From positions 62,001-126,000 of the forward strand of contig JAKMXF010000099.1 of NCBI GenBank assembly GCA_024704765.1: a stretch of 64,000 nt of DNA, written 5' to 3'. Below, one piece after another: positions 61,100 through 64,000 of this stretch. The notes beneath the pieces were generated by a model. That model was not told the origin of the DNA. It was given only the letters and a program-made list of their open reading frames with translations, and ran no database searches. Each line of letters starts with the position of its first letter. Position 1 is the stretch's first letter. Origin of the DNA: Oopsacas minuta. Taxonomy: Eukaryota > Animalia > Porifera. Made by a program: the position numbers and the translations under genes.

Positions 61100-63270
61100 T
61101 TAGTTTGTTTTATTTTCCTATTTCTTCTTAAATTATCTTTTATTCATCCATCCTGGATAAATATTCAGCATATATGCTGAAAATCAACTTATTACCTCAT
61201 TTTCATACTTTTTCCTATATCGACTTTACTATGGTATATTCGCCCATTATTCAAAACCTATCCGCATTAAAAAAAACCTGTGCAAATGCAATTATTGCAG
61301 CCAGTTCATAATCCCATCGTAGCTGGATTGTGCATTGGCTAAATCTCCTTAAGATTTGGGAATATTTCCTTATTACATTACTTCGATTTAGATATACAAA
61401 ATACCAATGGAATAGTTACGGTTTCATTACGTAATGTATAGATGGTAAATAATTGATGTTTCACGGGTGCATGTCACGAAATGGTTGGTCGACCTAACCG
61501 AATGTTTCAGAGGACCAATTATTTCAGCTATTTTTGATCCTCATTCTTAACTAGAATATTGATGCCAAACAAATATGCCGCAGCCATAATTTCATAATCT
61601 ATACCCCAAGTATTCAGGATGGTCGTGGTTGATAATTCAAGGTAATCTTCTATACAATTAATCCCCTTTGTGGAAATTTTTATTGAATAGATTCCCAACA
61701 TTTTACGTACTGCCCCCACCATACAATTCAGATTAACTCTCGAACTTGAATGTGGGATTTCTGCGATCCAGTTATTGAGTAAAAATACGTGCTGAATCCA
61801 AAAATTCCATCAGGAACGATATATTTTGTTTTTGCTGGAATGTAAGACGACATATACAAGTTTGATATAGTTATCATCATGCTCACATTTCAGCCGTCTT
61901 GCTCTTTTAAATTTGTATAACCCCCTTTGCAAGGATTTGAATACATTACAAAATGACTTTCGCACCGAAATTCAGGAATCCTCAGCGATTTCGTTACCTA
62001 AAACCATTTCTTGAGATAATTAGTCGCTACTTTCAATGATTATCCTGCTCCATTCTTTGAATCATAATCTTTCAATTCTTTATCTTTGGCTTTAGCTATG
62101 GTCTTTTCTTCAGGATATTATACTTTCACCCTGAATTTCTATTATGTCAAAATATGTGTTTTCTGGAAGAACATGTCATTTACTTTGTTTACCTGGTGAC
62201 CGGTCGGCCCTATATTTTCGTGGGACAAGCTAATCCGCCCATCAGAAATAGAACTAATATTGTTGTTATCCAAAATCTGGCCCTGTATCTGTATTTGCAT
62301 CAATATGGAGTATAGCTACTCTACATAGCCTGAAATAGTGTGTATTTAGTAGAAGGTAGTATTATATACATATACGATTTCTGAGTTATTAATATCCCAT
62401 GAAGCTTTTATATTTTGAGTAAATTGTCAATAGAAATTTTCATTATTTGATTTAATCTCTTATCTAAACAATTGGCTTGTGGGTGGTAAGCTGTAGTTAA
62501 CCTATCCTCCATCCTCATTTGATTCTCAAATTCTTTATTCACTTTGTTGTTAAATTCTCTTCCTTGGTCTATTGTTACCATTATAGGTTACCTCAGTATT
62601 AAGAATATCTGTGAATTGAATGTGAATAAATATTCTTGAATAATAGCATAAATATGATGAAAATTACTTGTTTTAAGTATGAGACCCTATTGATTCTTTT
62701 GTAGGAAAGGCCTTGGTCTGTCCATATTTTGTGAAATAGTATGCCATCGTTAGTATGAAACAGTTGCCCTTTCCTGTAGTTGGAATAGTTTCCCAACAAA
62801 CCTATGCCAGCATGAAATATCAGCGATTTACAGAAATGGGAATATCTATCTAGAGTGGGCTTGGAGTTCACACTTTTGAACAAATAACAGCCGTCTACCC
62901 AAGGTTGTTATACATATAGTAGATTAAATATAATGATAACTCATATAAGTATTTACATACCTTCTCTTTTTTGCTGAATTATTCCTTTCTGGTTGCAATT
63001 TCTCAGAACAGAAATTTTCCTGTCTTTTCTTTCCAAAGGGGCCAGGAATAATATCATTATAGCAAGCATCTAATATTTTCTTCTAATATTCAGTTGTTAT
63101 AAGTTTATCATTCTATTATTCCTTTGCACATATACTAGGCTCTCATCTAAGATCATTTTGGAAGCACGAAGCCTTGTTGATCTTTTATATCAGTATTTGA
63201 GGGTATGACTTTGTTTGGAGATAATCAATAGCAAAATCCAAAAGGGCAATTAATTTCTCCTAGTGATCAG
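61100..63270 (-). pseudogene. Ginger/GIN-like integrase with a C-terminal OTU domain, heavily decayed
   Basis: DYLQTKSYP (about 63200-63225); ILDACYND..GPFG (decayed H2C2); IDQGREFNNKVN..LTTAYHPQANCLDKRLNQ (62440-62580); OTU IVPDG..YSITGSQKSHIQVR and TWGIDYEIMAAAYLFGINI (about 61420-61820). Confidence 0.8.
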
Positions 63271-64000
63271 TCTTATCCAACAGGAAAAGACATTGAATGT
63301 AATATAAATAATATTGTTGATAAGCTTAAGGTTTGAAGATAATATACCTACTATCAATTTCGGATGTAAATAATCAGTTATAAGCCTAGAGGAGCGTGTG
63401 GAATTCCTAGATAACTCCTTGGTTATCTTTCGGCAAGAAGGGTTTTGACAAGATTGCCTTTTGGTAAGATCAGTTGCTTATCTCGGAAGGTGATTTGGGT
63501 GTTCAACCATACCTCATCTTGACACTTGTTCCTAGAGGAGGAATTTTGTTGACTTGATTTAATTCATCGATTTATCTCTTAATTATCGCCTGCCCAGAGC
63601 GAGTAATGTAATTTACACTGCTTTTCACTATTCATCGAATTGGTACTCTAAGTCAGCCATTCGACATGCCTTTGAACATTATTTGTACTCTGCAGGTTTC
63701 ATGTTACCAGCTGTTTGGCAGAAAAATCTTCCACTTCTTTAAATATTAAAAGCCTCCTTGACCCCACCAAACACTGCAACAAATTTCCATGGTATATGTC
63801 ACCTTTCATTGCACCAAAAAATTGTTTCCAAATTTGTTGCACAATGTATGATAAGAATTTCATGCAACAATGTTGCCAGAAACCTTTTGCATGGAAATAG
63901 GAACATGTTCTATTTCCTGCAACAATATATCATGAAAATTTATCTTATTCATGCAACATTGCTGCACCCCAAAAAGTGAGTAAGTATCAGCAGAATATAC

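Noticed and set aside
61260-61340. Ulp1 protease motif (Q..WDYELAAIIAFA)
   Set aside because: No matching His/Asp motif found. The upstream region is clearly OTU and this stretch can equally be read as a PHD remnant.
63700-64000. CATGCAACA / TTGCA-rich repeats at the window end
   Set aside because: Truncated by the window edge; no period or partner end could be established.
1-64000. Species identification (e.g. glass sponge)
   Set aside because: An impression from composition and TE content only; it cannot be established without a search.

Overview
AT-rich eukaryotic nuclear DNA. THAP/P, Transib and Ginger transposons suggest an animal; an early-branching lineage such as a sponge is my inference, not verified. 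Two host genes are supported. One is an intronless mitochondrial ribosomal mL59/mL64-like gene (8753-9388, -). The other is a divergently oriented 5-exon VPS50/syndetin gene reconstructed by hand (26931-60550, +; 2736 nt CDS = 911 aa; introns of 12.0, 2.8, 0.9 and 15.1 kb). Most of the rest is transposon-derived. It includes an apparently intact MULE transposase fused to an IAP/MDM2-type RING, inside TIRs built from higher-order tandem arrays, and a four-level nest (TIR element > hAT MITE > P element > pogo MITE). Also present: Gypsy, hAT, MULE, P and pogo remnants; several Helitron-like families; many MITEs and foldbacks; a Transib (RAG1-like) remnant ending in an exact CACAGTG heptamer; a near-intact DD37D maT element; and a Ginger-like integrase-OTU pseudogene. 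No rRNA, tRNA or CRISPR was recognised. All family assignments come from motif recognition by eye; no searches were run.
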